Shown: one piece after another, positions 23,860 through 37,544 of the stretch
Position numbering within the stretch: the stretch's first letter is position 1
Layout: the number at the start of each line of letters is the position of its first letter
Assembly (NCBI GenBank): GCA_976551045.1
Contig: CDPCPM010000160.1
Span: forward strand, 992,001-1,056,000
From: Glaucostegus cemiculus
Taxonomy: Eukaryota
Reading direction: 5' to 3'
Length of the DNA: 64,000 bases
The notes under the pieces: model-generated
Seen by the model: only the letters and a program-made list of their open reading frames with translations
Told to the model about the DNA's origin: nothing
The model's database searches: none
Made by a program: the position numbers and the translations under genes

Positions 23860-25573
23860 GTATGTATTATGTCGAGGGGTGGTGGACGTTTCCGATTTCT
23901 GTATGTAAAAACAGATATATTGCATTGTTGTTAAACTATCAGCATCTGGTATGGTGTAGCCTGGTTTTGAGTGTGTTATTAGTAAGGTATTAGTATGCAC
24001 TCTTGGGCTTGGAGCGCTCGTTCATAAGATAATACCAAATAGGTCGAAGTTTGGTATGTGAGATAACAACTTTAATTGGCTCATCAACATCGATACTAAC
24101 ACTGTACTTTCTTTAACTAACTGTAAACAAAAGTTATATTAATGGGTTTGGAAAGTCGTGTGCGCGTCAGCAATTCTTCTCTGCGCTAACCTTTGTTTAT
24201 CCGTCATCATTCTCAATGCCAAATGCCCCTTGCCTGAATTTAATTGATTCGTACTTCCTTCTCCGTGTGGAACGCAAATTCCATTCCGTTGACATTGCAC
24301 CCTGGTTGGTTTTCATCTGTGGGACGGGGAACGTCCCTTGTTTAGTGCGTTACGGAATGTTTAAATGACCTGTTGGCTATTTGCGATCAAATGCATTGAG
24401 TACAAGTGGAAACTCTTCCTTTTGGTAGCGGTTCAAGGACAAGAGCGCTGTAGTAAAGTCTGGACACCTTAGACAAACGAAAGGGAGGGGAAAGTGGGTG
24501 GGCAGATGGGTTGAAACATATTCTACACCTGCGTGTTGATCACCATAGCTCGCTGCCGACACTGACAACGAGTTGAGGTTCGGACTGAGCAGAAGTAATA
24601 GCGACCAGGGAGTTCAGAATAAAATTGACACCGTCTGGAGAAATAATCAGTTGATGGGCCAGAGAGAGAGTGGGGAAGGGGGAGACTGGGTCATTCTTCT
24701 GGGGATTGATCACTCCATTGTAACTGCATTGTGAACCTGCACTTTCTCCTGATACCTTAAAATCTGGAACATCCTCGTTGAGTCCATTCACCACTGACAT
24801 TTTCGCACCCGCCTGTTCAAAGTGAGCCGCACACCGCAGAGAGGTCTGTCAGTTTTCGCGGGCGCAGGTGGGGCGAAGCAATGACAAGCACCACCTCTGG
24901 TCCCGGGGGCGCCGTCTCTGCCGACGTACTGTAGGTGCGCTGCACTGCCGTAACCACTGTCTTTTTCCTCGGGACGATATCTGGATCCCTTCGGTCCCCT
25001 ATTTCGTGTCCTGTCCATCCCGCCGAGTGGGAGATCAGATGGGGATTGTACGTTGGTGAATATTTTACTGGACACATGAAGCTTGGGTTATTGACACTGA
25101 GGCTGGAATCCGTATCCCATATGGTTACAACTCAGTTAAGTAAACTGATCGGAAATTAACCCGTCGCCATGGAGGTAACAACGAAATTACCAGATTCACA
25201 AGCCGAACAATGAAGAAATTCTGCTATTCTGACCCAGTCTGGCCTACAGGTGACTCCAAACACTCTGCTGAGCCTTGTCTGCTTGCCACGTTCTGGGAGT
25301 AGGTAGGCGTGGACAACAGGTGGCGGGATTGTCAGTGAGGTATTCAGACGATTGAATCAAGGTCGGAACTGCTTCTCTCCAGCGCGGTAACTGAATCTCC
25401 ACGCTTGCAGCAACACACGTTGTCTCGAATATTTTCAATCTTCTCCGTTCTTATCCTACAGAATACCACATCGCAGCTCTGGTGCATCGTTCATTTAAAC
25501 CGAATCCTTTTTTTCCCTCCAGACTCTCACGTTCAATTCTTGGGCACTAACCAACACCCTGTGTTTTCAACAG

Positions 25574-25849
25574 AACCTGTTTCCGAACCCAGTATTACAG
25601 CCAATGCCACCATCCTCATAGAGTACAATGACACCGTGGAACTAACATGCTTCGCAACAGGCACGGCGGTCTCTTATCTGTGGCTTGACGACAATAGCGC
25701 GATAGTTCCTGGTGGCAGGTTTGAACTGGGCGCCGATAACAGCACACTCACTAGTTCTGAAGTGTTACGAACAGATGGACCGTTCACCTGCATCGCATAC
25801 AACTCGATTAGCGAAAAGTCAAGCGAGCCGTTTGATCTCGAAGTTTACT
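25574..25849 (+). CDS. Gene B exon 7, A3 domain (EPVSEPSITAN...LTCFATG...DGPFTC...FDLEVY)
   Basis: 276 nt, acceptor TTTTCAACAG, donor T|GTAAGT. Confidence 0.92.
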
Positions 25850-27389
25850 GTAAGTGTCCCTCGAGATCAGTAGTTGCACCGTTTATTACCAGTCCTGCTG
25901 GGCACCAGGTTCTGGGAGAGGGGTGTTGCACTTGGGGATGGTGGGACAGTGATGACTTCATTGGACTAACACTCAAAGTACTGGGCAGTTAGATGACAGA
26001 CGTGTCCGGATCTACCTCGGCAGCTGGTGAATTTAAATTCACACCTGGAACTTCAAAATTAAAGACCAATGCCAGTAACGGTGACCAATAAACTACAGCG
26101 TTGTGGGAAAAAATCTGGGTCACTGATGTACTTCAGGGGAAGGAAATGCTCCAGATAACCCGGTCTGTTCTGTATGTGTCTCCAGACCCAACGATCAGGC
26201 TGACTCCTTACCAGCCCCACAGTTCAGAGGCAATTTGGGCTGTATATTACACGTTGGCACTGCTGGTGACGGCCACCTCCAGTAAACCAATGAGATAAGA
26301 AATCTCCTGGTGAGATTCCTGAACAATGAGGTCAGGCAGAGGCCCCGCCTGGTACACCAGGGACAATTTGTACCGCTATCATCGATCAAAAGTGCTTCAC
26401 TTTTAATAAGTACAGAGCAGGACTTGTAATAACATTTGCATTGAGTGGCGTGGACAACGTTGTGTCCCGTCTACTTTTCCTTTTGCTCCCTGTTAATTTA
26501 TGAGCTCCTTTCGACCCCATGCAATCAAATACATTAATTCTGTTTCAACACTAAGATTCTGATCCTTCTGTGGAACGATAAGTTCACGGATGCTTTTATA
26601 GACAAGGGGTACGAGGGTAGTCATTGATATTCTGGTCCAGTGCAGAATCAGCCAGGAACTCTGAAAATAATTCGACTCCCATGGAGTTGGGAACGATTTC
26701 AGGGCGAGGAAGTGCCAGAGCTAGTGGGGGACTGTCACCCTCCTGACGAAGGTGCAGAGAATCAAGAAGGTAGAAAGAGCCAGAGATCCATCACTGTGGA
26801 TGTGTGGGGGAAGTTACGGCCTCCCCGATCGATGGGTTGCCACAATCCCCAGTGGGTGTAACCTGAGTGGTCGAAGTTTACTTCCTAACATACACGCTGT
26901 TACACACTGGGTTTGGGACCGGTACTGAGACCCACCTTCACAGCAGGACTGGAATATAAGAAATTGGAATTTGAAAGCATTTGCACGCCCAAGTCGCACT
27001 GGGTCTTATTCCGCATTTGTTACAGTTTTTCCTAAGGTCGTCCAAGTTTTGATGTGCTGAGTGGCCTCATCCTAATAAGGGATTTTCTGTTCAGTAAACC
27101 ACCCAAAAGCCGCCAACCCCAGAAGTTACAAGGCGAGGTGTTCTGTGGAACTCTGTATTCCAGGTTAGAGAGGTGGAGACAGGTTCTGGGATGTGAGGCA
27201 TCTGTTTAACTACAGGTATATTTGACTTACTGCGTGTGGTTTATACACCAGTCCGCTCACCCGTGTGTAGGGATGGTGTTAGTGTGCACTCTCTGTGGTG
27301 GTGGGCTGCTCTCCCTCTCCTGCTCTGCTTTGTTTCTGCTTTCACTGTTCATGTAATTTACTGCCGTCGGTTTTGTGCGTTTGTTTTAG

Positions 27390-27650
27390 ACGGACCGGAT
27401 CGTCCAAATATCACTACAAACCCTGACTCACCTCCTTACCTGGCTGGAAGCACCGTCACTTTAACATGTTCCGCAGGGTCCAGGCCAGTCGCTAACCTGG
27501 ATTGGTATCTGAACGGTGACTTTCTACAAACTGGGCAGCAACTTATCCTTGACAATATTTCAGTGAGCAAGACGGGGAACTACACTTGTCAGGCATTTAA
27601 CAATTTTACAGAAAAGTACAGTGCCTCAACTCCAGAAATAACAGTGCTCG
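27390..27650 (+). CDS. Gene B exon 8, B3 domain (GPDRPNITTNP...LTCSAGSRP...WYLNG...TGNYTCQAFN)
   Basis: 261 nt, acceptor TTTTAG, donor G|GTATGT. Confidence 0.92.
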
Positions 27651-29019
27651 GTATGTAATACATTTCTCATTTTTTCTACCGACGAGAACACAGGGTGATG
27701 GTGGACACTCGGTTGTTGGACTAAGTGGCTGAAATTGTACAGATTATCAATTCAGTGTATTAATGTTGCATGCTGAACAACAAGGGTATTGATTAAGCAA
27801 CATCAGACTGCTTCATTAATTTGATAATCATGCATTTGTCCATATTGGTCCTCAGAAGTGGACATCCGCCTTCCAAGCCGGTACATGACTCCAGACACAC
27901 CAGCCTTGTGAACGCTTCACTGGCGCCAGTTTGAGTAGGAGGGGACAGTGCAATGGAGGGGCATTCGGAGACGAGCAATAAATGCCAATCATGTCCATAT
28001 CCAGTGAAGAAGGTTACAAGTAACATTCCAGGAGCCTCCAGTCTGGTTTAACCAGATCTTAGACACCTGCTGTACAAGTCAAGCCACCTCAGCAGTAACC
28101 CACACTGTATATACAGACCCGAAATCTCCATTGTCCATTATCCTCCTGTCTGACCCTGCGTGTTCCTCCAGTTTTCCAGCATCTGCAGTCTCTTGTGTTT
28201 CCATATCTACAGGCGGTTGCCCCGACTGCAATGCGGAAAGTTGCTAGTTCACTCCATGTGAATTCAGAGTGAATGCACTCAATTCTTTTGGCAAGTTGCA
28301 CCACTACTTCTTGGTCCCTCTTCCAACATCTTCCAAAGTTGAACTTGTTGCTCCTACACAATCCTCGGCTCTGCTGCCCGGGTCCTTTAAGGGTTACACA
28401 GAGACATACCTCGCTGCTTCAGCCGCCAGTCTCCTCTGTCGACAGTCCTCACGAGATGTCTCGGCTTGGCCAAGTCACCAGGGCAGCACTCCGTTTTCGA
28501 GAGACGGCCTGGCTTCACCACCACAATCCCGAAGAATGTCGGAATTAAAACAAACTAACTCCCATGGTACACCTGGAGACCGCACGGCCCATTTTCCCGT
28601 GCGAGCTCTTTGTAGAGTAATCCATCTCAGTCCCATTACTTACACTTCTCCTGCAGGCTATTCTCCAGCCAGTGCCGCCCAGATTAATTTCAGAGTCCAG
28701 AGTGACTCTATTTCTTGTTGGAGTGGCTCGTCATGCCCATTTAATACTAATTCCCTGCTTTAAAAGCATCCCTTACATTCTCATTGTATCGTGGTTGGTG
28801 CTTCTCTGGTCTCGGAGCTGTGATTCAGCAACAGCACCAGCTACGCCACTGTGACCCTCACCCCTCGCCACCACGCAATTTTTAAACCCATTCAAGTGAC
28901 AGTACCTTAGTACTTTTACGTTTTGTTGAGGCTTTTTTAGAATTGTTCAGAATTTCAGACTTGGCACATTATTGACGAAGATTAGGCACTCTGTACCTAT
29001 CAAGCAAACATTTGCCAAC

Positions 29020-29270
29020 CTAATATGAGAGAGAGAAATTTTACCCAGAGAGTGGTTGGTGCATGCAATGCGCTGCCTGGGGCGCTGGTGGAGGCAGGTG
29101 CATTGGTCAAATTCAAGCGATTACTAGATAAGCATTATGGAGGAGTTTAAAATAGAGGGATATGTCGGAGTAAGGTGTTAGATAGTATTAGGCGAGGTTT
29201 AAAGGTCGGAACAACATTGTGGGACGAAGGGCCTGTGTTGTGCTGCGCTGTTCTATGTTCAGTGTTCTAA
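29020..29270 (+). mobile_element. CR1-clade LINE 3' end
   Basis: TTTACCCAGAGAGTGGTTGGTGCATG.AATGCGCTGCC and a GAAGGGCCTGT...TGTTCTATGTTC tail. Confidence 0.8.
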
Positions 29271-31587
29271 TGAAAGATTATTTCATTTCCATTTCCCTGA
29301 AACCCACCTGTGGAAATGTGCCAGATCAAATGTTCCCCAAATTTGGGGCAACAGGAATAATCAACTTTCCTAACAAAGAACGGTGCAAAGCTTGTTGGAG
29401 TGATCAGATTACAAGATTTGCCGTCATTGACTCATATCTCTTGTTTACGGAAATCCATTTTCACCCAATACTTCCTCTATAAAGTTTTCGGTTAACTCAT
29501 GTCGAGGTAACACAAAACAATGCATCCACGTATTTTAGCGGCGGGTCTCTTTTTTTAAATTATTTAAACGAATTCCTTGTTGAAGAAAATCTTCCCCTTG
29601 CTAAGATATATAAGATCACGATAGGTTTGTTATTTAACTGCTCGATTACTTGCAGAGCTTCCATGCATTTAGTTCATTTGGCTGTCGCTGGCGACCTTAG
29701 TCCTTACTCTATAACCCACAATAGCATTCGGAAGGCGACGTTCAGCTGTTTTCTTAAACCACTGAGTCTTCTCATGCACTTGTAACGAACAAGTAACAGG
29801 CTGCATACATTAGCTGACTGTTGAACGCCACCACTGTACCAAACACATTCAGCGGGAACTATTTTACAAGGTGTTTATTGTGGCAACAAAAGCGGGTCAG
29901 AGGCTGTGAATCCTATGGTGAGTGATTCACTTCCCAACACGCCAAGTGTCTCCACAATCTACAAGGCACAAGTCAGTGGTGTGACGGGGCGTTGTTGCCG
30001 CCCCAGCAACACACGAGAATCTTCACACTATCCAGAACCAAGCAGCCCGCTCGATCAAAGCCCAAACCTCCCCTGGACAGTCAATCCCTCCACCACCTGC
30101 GCCAGTGGCTGCAGTGTGCACCAACTTCAAATTGCCCTGCCGTTACCCGCCCAGACTAGCCTGACAGCGGCTCACCCAGAACGCTACCTCGTCCACCGCT
30201 AATGACAATGGCAGAGAGTACAGGGGTACACCACCACCTGCAGATTACCCAGATTTGGAAAAACATTTCAGTGACTTCTCTGTCACTGGGTGAAAGCAAA
30301 AGATTCTCACCACCGCCTTCTCGGGAGAGTGAGTGCAGAACCATAATGCCAGTACCAGTAAGTGAATAAGTAAACATCTGGAAGAGATATAAAATGGACT
30401 CCATACCTATCATCCCTGCTTTCCAAACTGTTTAATTAGCAAGACACAGTTAACACTTTGGGATGGGAGAAGCAAGCTGTGCTGAAATTCTTTCTGATTC
30501 TTTGAATTTCTTGACTACAAAGAGCTATGAAGAGTTAGTCAGTGACTGTGCAAACGGCTGTGGCAGGCGGAGCTTTGGACTATGGGGGGGTGGGGTGCAG
30601 AGTCATCAGGAACAGGCAGGAAAGTGGAACTGACGCCAATAACAACTCGGTCATGATATTATGAGAGGTTAGAAGAGTCGAACGGTCGACACCTGCTGTG
30701 TTACACGTGTTCCACCGAGCTAATAATTGAAAGAAGGTATAAATAATAACGGAATTTAAATCTCCAACAACAAATCTTTCTCACTGAAGTCTCGTTTTAG
30801 GCTTGTCGACAGGTTGTCATTTCAGGCTGACCTCTTAGAATTAAATATTAACTTGAGATGTTTCTGATATTTACCACTTGTATTTTGAGGGCATTGTAGG
30901 TCTCCCTTAGTGCGCGTTATCTCTGCTAATGCGTAACTGGCAGATGAATATCTAATCTCTGCGACATTACCTGTGGGTTTCAACGTTTGGTTTTACCTTA
31001 ACGCCTCACAAGTAAATATCCTAGTACACCCGTGCCTATACATTTAAGGGAAGGGGTATGAGATGTGGAGGGGAATAAGGGACATTTACTTTCACCCGGA
31101 AGTACTGATTGAGGAGGTGTAGGGGGTGCACACCAATTTCACAGAACTTCACAAATATTTAGCAAAGCAATTGGAATGCCAGGACATAGAAGGCTGTGAA
31201 CTTGGCACTGGAAATTGGGATTATTACGGATAGATAACAGATTGCCGGCATGAACTTTGCAAGCCGAAAGAGTCTGTTTCCATTCTCTGTGACTCTGTAT
31301 CTCTCGGACCGGACTGATGCAGTCCTGTGGATTTTGTCACAATGGACTTTAACCTGTGTGTTTTTATTTTTTTTAAAGTCTCCTTATGAGAAAAGCAGAG
31401 ACGGAGTATAATGCCAAAGATGATGAACTGCAAATCCCCGGTCAGTTGTCTTTAATGAGAATTCTCACATCTGGGGAGGGTGAGGAGTGGAGTTGTGACA
31501 ACGAATCCAAGGATGAGGAGCTTCAATGGCGGAATCTCTGGGATCGTTCACCTTGTGTTTAACATACGGAAGGATGTATATAGTGAT

Positions 31588-31745
31588 AGAGAGGGTGGGT
31601 GAGAGGAGAGCAGAGCAGAGGAGAGCAGAGAAGAGGAGAGGAGAGCAGAGAGAGGAGAGAGAGGGGAGAGATGTGAGAAAGAAGGGAAGAGAGATATGAT
31701 AGAGTGGAGAGAAGGGAAGCAAAGAGAGCGGGGAAGAGAGAGAGC
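31588..31745. repeat. GA-rich low-complexity polypurine tract
   Basis: Degenerate GAGAG/GCAGA repeats directly visible. Confidence 0.85.
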
Positions 31746-31999
31746 AGTTGTTCACAGTGACGGACCGGACAACACGGAATACTGGCAAAAGAGCAAAGTT
31801 ATAAACCTGTAATTTTAAGCAAAGACAGCTCCTAAAAACTGATTCTGTGTTCTGTTCTGTGCATCCGCAACTGTCTTTGTTGTTCTTACAAATAACTATT
31901 GATTGATTATCGTGTTACAAGAGTTTACTTTTAACCAGTACAGATTTGGCTTTCTTGATCACAGACTTTACCTTTCTCAGCGGTCAAACATTGCCTTGT

Positions 32000-33340
32000 C
32001 AATAAATCGCAAGCACATCATCAACAGGTGGTGTTCTGCCATTCGGCCCCTCGAGCACCCTCTGATACTCAATGATGTTATCGCTGCTCCGTGATCCCCA
32101 AACCCTTAACTCCCATTTCGCCGAATACACCTCCGTCTATGCCGGGTTAGAACACATAATGTCTGATCCCCACAGCTCCCTAGAATTTTCTCCACATCTC
32201 CGGTTGAAGATAGAGACCCCATAATTCCGAACCTTGCTCCCCAGCTGTACAATTTCCCCAGAAGGGGAACTATCTTCTCGACAGCTGTATTACTCTGGTG
32301 TGTTTGATATCAGATCAAACTGAAATTTAAAATTACAATGCTAACACAGACCATCAGACAAATAGGAGAATATGCAGGCCACTCGGCCTCTATAAACTAA
32401 CCCGGCATTCGAATCGATGCAGCTGATCATTGTTGGCCTCTGCTCCAGTTCTCAGCCACTTCGCCATAACCATCTAGTCCTCGATCGTTCAAATATTTAT
32501 CAATCTCCACCTTAAATTTATCCAGTGATCCGGCATCCACCACGCTCGGAAATAGAATCCAAGAGAATCACTGCACTCTGAGAGAAGACATTTCCCTTTA
32601 CCCACGTTTTAAATAACCGGGCCTTTATAATGTAACTGTGCTGGCTTGTTCATGAGTCTCCCTCTGGTAGAAACATCTTAGCATCGGACATAGAACAGGC
32701 GCTTCGGCCCACTCTATCTGTGCTGAACATGTGCCAAATTAAACTGATTCCATCTGCCTGCACATGATCCACACCCCTCCATTCCCTTACTGTTTATATC
32801 TCTTGGACACCAATATGGTGTCGCTTCCATCACCAGCCCTGACCGCTCCTTCCAGTCACCCACCACTCTGTGATAAAAACTGAGCCCACAATCTCCTTTG
32901 AACTTTCCCCCTCTGCCCAAGGATGTGCCCTCTTGAATCCAGAGTGTAACCTGTCAAGCAGACTTAGGATCTTATATGATGAAATAAGAACACCTCCATT
33001 CTTCTGAGCACCAATGAATACAAACCCAAACTCTCCAGGTTATGGTGAGGCTCAGGCTGAGGATTAGGGTTCCGGTTAGGTTTAGGGTCAGGGCCATGCA
33101 TTGTGTAGGGTTCCGGTTGTCTTAATAGAAAAACCCACACCCCAGGAATGAGCCTGGTGAATCTGCTTTGGGCCTCCTCCAATGCTACTATATCGGGGGG
33201 TTTAGGTAAGGGGACGATATCTGTGTACAATATTCCAGATGTGACCTCTCCAGAATCCTGTACAACTGTAACAGGACCCTCCAATTCATCAATTCCAATT
33301 CCTTTGCAGTGAAGGCCAAGGTGCCGGTGACAACGATGTC
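32000..33340 (-). mobile_element. Cluster of decayed CR1-like 3' fragments
   Basis: Repeated GCCATTCGGCCC/GCTTCGGCCCA tail motifs, and ALEEAQSRFTRLIPG on the minus strand. Confidence 0.7.
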
Positions 33341-33421
33341 TTGGTGAACAGGGGGCCTTGATGATGGGAGGATACTGCGTTAAAAGGTGTAACTCCATTT
33401 CGCCTTTACTTGTATTTACAG

Positions 33422-33697
33422 AACCCGTGTCTAATGTCAATGTAGCACGCAACAATTTAAGTCCCGTGGAAATCAACGATACAGTTGTACTCATTTGTGA
33501 CGCGCAGGGTACTATTCAGAGACGAACATGGTTGAAAAATAACCTACCCATCCAGGAAAATGACAGAATATATACATCTTCAGATAAAGCAAATCTGACC
33601 ATAACCCGTGTTAACAGAACTGACACCGCAACATATAACTGTACCGTAAGCAATGATTACAACAGCGGCAGTGCAGCAATCTACATGCAAGTTAACT
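33422..33697 (+). CDS. Gene B exon 9, A4 domain (EPVSNVNV...LICDAQG...WLKNN...DTATYNCTVSN...MQVN)
   Basis: 276 nt, acceptor TTTACAG, donor T|GTAAGT. Confidence 0.92.
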
Positions 33698-33784
33698 GTA
33701 AGTTGGCAGACTGCTCAAAACATTAGCTTGCGTTTGATATTATTCATTACAGAATCCGCATACTTTCTTGATTTCTGTTTGCAG

Positions 33785-34042
33785 ATGGACCGGAAAACGT
33801 TAGAATTCTGCCGCAGGGACCCGTTGAGGCAGATATTGGTTCACGTCTTACATTAACTTGTTCTGCCCAGTCAGTCCCCAGTGGTGAATATAAATGGTAC
33901 AATCGGACAAATCATCTACAGACAGGGCAGCAGTACACCATCGAGCCAGGAAGGTCGGTTGACAGTGGGAATTATACTTGTGAGGTTTATAACAACGTAA
34001 CCATGAAACGCAGCAGCCGCACCGTCGAAGTACTCGCACGGA
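33785..34042 (+). CDS. Gene B exon 10, B4 domain (GPENVRILPQGPVEADIGSRLTLTCSAQSVPSGEYKWYN...DSGNYTCEVYN...VEVLAR)
   Basis: 258 nt, follows an 87-nt intron, acceptor TTTGCAG, donor A|GTAAGT; not in the ORF track. Confidence 0.9.
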
Positions 34043-37000
34043 GTAAGTACATTTTCTCTCTGTATTTGACTGAGATTGTCTTCATAAAGATCTCAGCAGG
34101 TGAATTTTCAGAACCTCCCGGTCTCCTCCTCTGTCTGACTTGCTAATCAGAAGGACAATGATTCGGTGTTCTTGGAAACTTTAAATGTGGAAACAATTAT
34201 CAGCCAAGACAAAGGGTTTAAAGGGATTCACTTATTAGCGATGAACACGTTATTTTAAATTCCTTGGATACGGCTACAACGGATGAGGTTACCTTCCAGC
34301 TTTGACAAAGCTTTGGTAACTCAAGAACAAGTGAAACTCTGGGTGAACTTAATGGAGAGTTGTTTTCACTGCTTCGATGATTGTTAGCAGGACCACTGGA
34401 AACGGTTCTACACCATGACAGTTTCGGTTGACAGCACTGCTTTTGTTGACGGGCAGATTCTGGAGTTTTGAGTTGATGGAATGTTTCTCAGCACCCAGAA
34501 ACTCGGGCAGTACTAACTGAACATCAGGAAGCGCGGACGGTAATAAACCTGTGTGTGTAAGATTCCACAGCTGGAGATACGGAAAACAGCAATGCTTGAG
34601 CCAATTCTGACAATTTAAGTAACAGAATGTTCTGGAATGAAGTCAGAAAATTCAGTAGGTCGAGGAGTGCCCGCGGATAGAGAAACTGCGTCACTGTTTC
34701 AGGTTGCAGATACTGACCCGGGGCAGAGAGTTGGAGAAATCAGTAACGGCGGCCTCTAAATTGAAATGGACCGTCACTGGAGACGGAGGGAAAATACACT
34801 GTGGGATTCCTCGACCAGTTCTTGCCCAGGGTCTTCGACTTGAATCGTTAACTCTTTCCCTCTGCACTGATGCTCCCTGACCGGTTGAGTGGTTCCAGGA
34901 TTTCCGCTTTTCATTTAAGTTTTCCCCCAGCATCTACAGTTTTCTGTTTCCCATTTTCATCGAGATCAGATCAATAAACCGGTGAGGAAACGTTACCCTT
35001 TGTCTTTAAGCAAACTGCCGGACGCGGGGTCCGCGTGTTCATGTGCTTACGGACTCTGTCTCGGCAGGGCATAGTGAGAGGCCAGTTGGAAGTGCACATG
35101 AATGCAGTAATAGCGACTGTTTTCCATGAAGGCAAACCGGTTTTCTGGGAGGATGCCTTGGTGTGTGCAGAATGGATTCACTTTGGAGCTTCAGGGAAAA
35201 AAAGAGATATTGAGTAGGAAAGCCATGAAATTATGCTAATCATTCCTAATACCGTGCTTGGGGTGCAAGTATTGTCTGCTGTCCCGTGTGCCACGCCAGG
35301 GAGGATGTGAATGTCTCAGAACCTGCAGAGGAGATCTGTTGGTGTGCACCCGGAGGTCAGGGATTTCAATTCCATGGATATAGGGGAGTAGCAGGGACTA
35401 TTCCCCTCGGAACAAAGCAGACTGAGGGGCGACTTCTTAAGGAGTAGATGAAGCCGTCTGCTTTTGTTAAACAATAAATGCGGTCGAGTTGTGCGGAAGA
35501 GCTATATAGTGCATGACTTGGAACTCACTGCCCACAAGTGCTGTAGAGGAGCAGACAATTATTGATTCTGAAAGGAAATGGTGTCGGCCCTTGACTGAGA
35601 TAATCTTGCAGCACACCGGATAGATCGGGACAATCTTACAGGTTGGCTCACTCTCTAGACAGCAAGCATGAACTGATGGGCCGACTGGCACTTCCCCTCA
35701 CGCACTGAGTTTATGACTTGTGCAGACGTCAGTGGGGACATGGAAATTACCCTAGAAACGGCAAACGTTGAAAATATGAAATAAAGTGCCGGAAAACTAT
35801 TATCTCAGGAAGCACCTGCGGAAAGAGAAACGCTTAACTTCAACTGTTCCCCTCTCCACTGGTGTCCTTCCTAACAAGCTGGTATTCTCCAATATTTCTG
35901 TTTTCATTTCCCCGGACTCTGTAGCTCCCAGGGTCCGCGGTTCACGGGACAACAAATTCAAATGTAAGCTTTAAAAAGTTAGGTGAAACTGATGAAAACA
36001 TTCATCAGTCACGCAATCATTGACATTTCCGGTCCGTTTCTCTCTGTGCAAATTATGACAAACCTTCTCGGTGTTTTTGCGGAAGGTTCTGTAACTACGT
36101 CAGATGAAGAGCTTTCCCCGCTGTGTTTTTCATTCTTTTCATTTATTGCGGAATTCTTGGGGGTCTCAGTTTACTCGAGCGGCTTTGAAATGGTAATTGG
36201 ACAATATCTAAAAAGAAAGTGCATTCCCCTCGCTGCAATTCGAATTAGAGTTTGTTGTCCAATGGGATAAAGTGCCCATTCAAATGGTCTTGAAGGTCAC
36301 TCAGCTCAAGGGACATTCTGACCATCTGGGCGAAGTCCGGATCCAACAACGACTCGATAAGGAATGCCGCAAAATGCAGTAGAACCTAATTTCTCCTGAA
36401 AGGTTATCAGGAAAATTGATGCATTTTGGGGGGAGATCCGTGCAATGGTTCTGATCCAGATGGATTTATGAAGAATTTTATTTCCAATTCAGTTCTCGAT
36501 TTTTCTGCTACTCCTGGGCATGAAGCATGACAGGAGGTTTCACCTCGCGGTGGCCACGGAGTGCACGCCTCCACCGACACTGGAGACAGCAACAATGAGA
36601 AATCACTTCAGGCCCATTATTTCATCAACAAGTGTTGTTGTCTGTAATTCTTCACTTGTGTTGCGCAAAGGTATCGCACGGACTCGGCAGGCATATGCTT
36701 CAGAAATCTTTATTGTAGCATGATATGATGGAGAGCCAGACTCCTAAAAGCAGAGTTCCAGCACGCCCAAGAAATTACAACCTTTATTTCTATTGCAGCA
36801 GTAGGTAACTACAAACACCCAAGAACAAAAAGCAGAAGTGAATAGCAGAAATAAATGGCGGAAGTGAGAAACCATGGTTTCAGCCTCAGTCTGGCACACA
36901 TAAGGAACAAAGTATAATTAGATTGCCGCATCCTATGTGGCGGACACACAAAAAAACATCACCATACATAGAGAGTTGTTTGGCTATCGGCAGAGCAAAG

Positions 37001-37417
37001 GTTAATGCTCTAGCTCACCATGTGCAGAAATTCGAGCACATTCTCAACTGTCTTTAACATTTCTCCCGCAACGTATTTTACTCTCCGCCCCATTTAAACC
37101 TTCCTCGACAATAAACCGTGCGACCCACACACAAGCGGGGTGGACGCTGGACAGCACACCCGTCTTCAGGAAGCAACGCCTAACATTTCTCAATTAACAG
37201 CAAGAGAAACGGAAAGACTGATTAGCTGATATCTGTTCCCAGAATTGTTTTGGGCAATTTGCAAACTATTATTTTCTGCCATTTATTTTCTGATGTTTAA
37301 AGCTCAACAATGAGCTTGAGGTACCACAAACAATCAAACTTGCACGGATATTGACTCTGTTCACTTAGTTCCTTTCCAATGCATCACGTCTCCTTATTTC
37401 CTCAATTCCATTTTCAG

Positions 37418-37544
37418 TTCGCAATGTTCACACTCCCGGAGGTTTGTCAGCTGCGGCGATAGCCGGGATTGTGATTGGCGTTGTTGCTGGAATTGCCATT
37501 GTGGGTGCATTCGCTGCCTGGTTTATCAAGAAATATGCAAGCAG
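37418..37544 (+). CDS. Gene B exon 11, transmembrane domain (IRNVHTPGGLSAAAIAGIVIGVVAGIAIVGAFAAWFIKKYAS)
   Basis: Polypyrimidine tract + CAG, 127 nt, phase 1 in and phase 2 out (AG|GTATAT); CEACAM1-like AIAGIVIGVVA and basic stop-transfer residues. Confidence 0.92.

Noticed and set aside
28269-28763. 164-aa ORF in gene B intron 8
   Set aside because: Non-ATG start, no recognisable domain, overlaps repeat-like sequence.
33050-33095. TTAGGG-like hexamers
   Set aside because: Only a few degenerate units inside a LINE fragment; not an interstitial telomere array.
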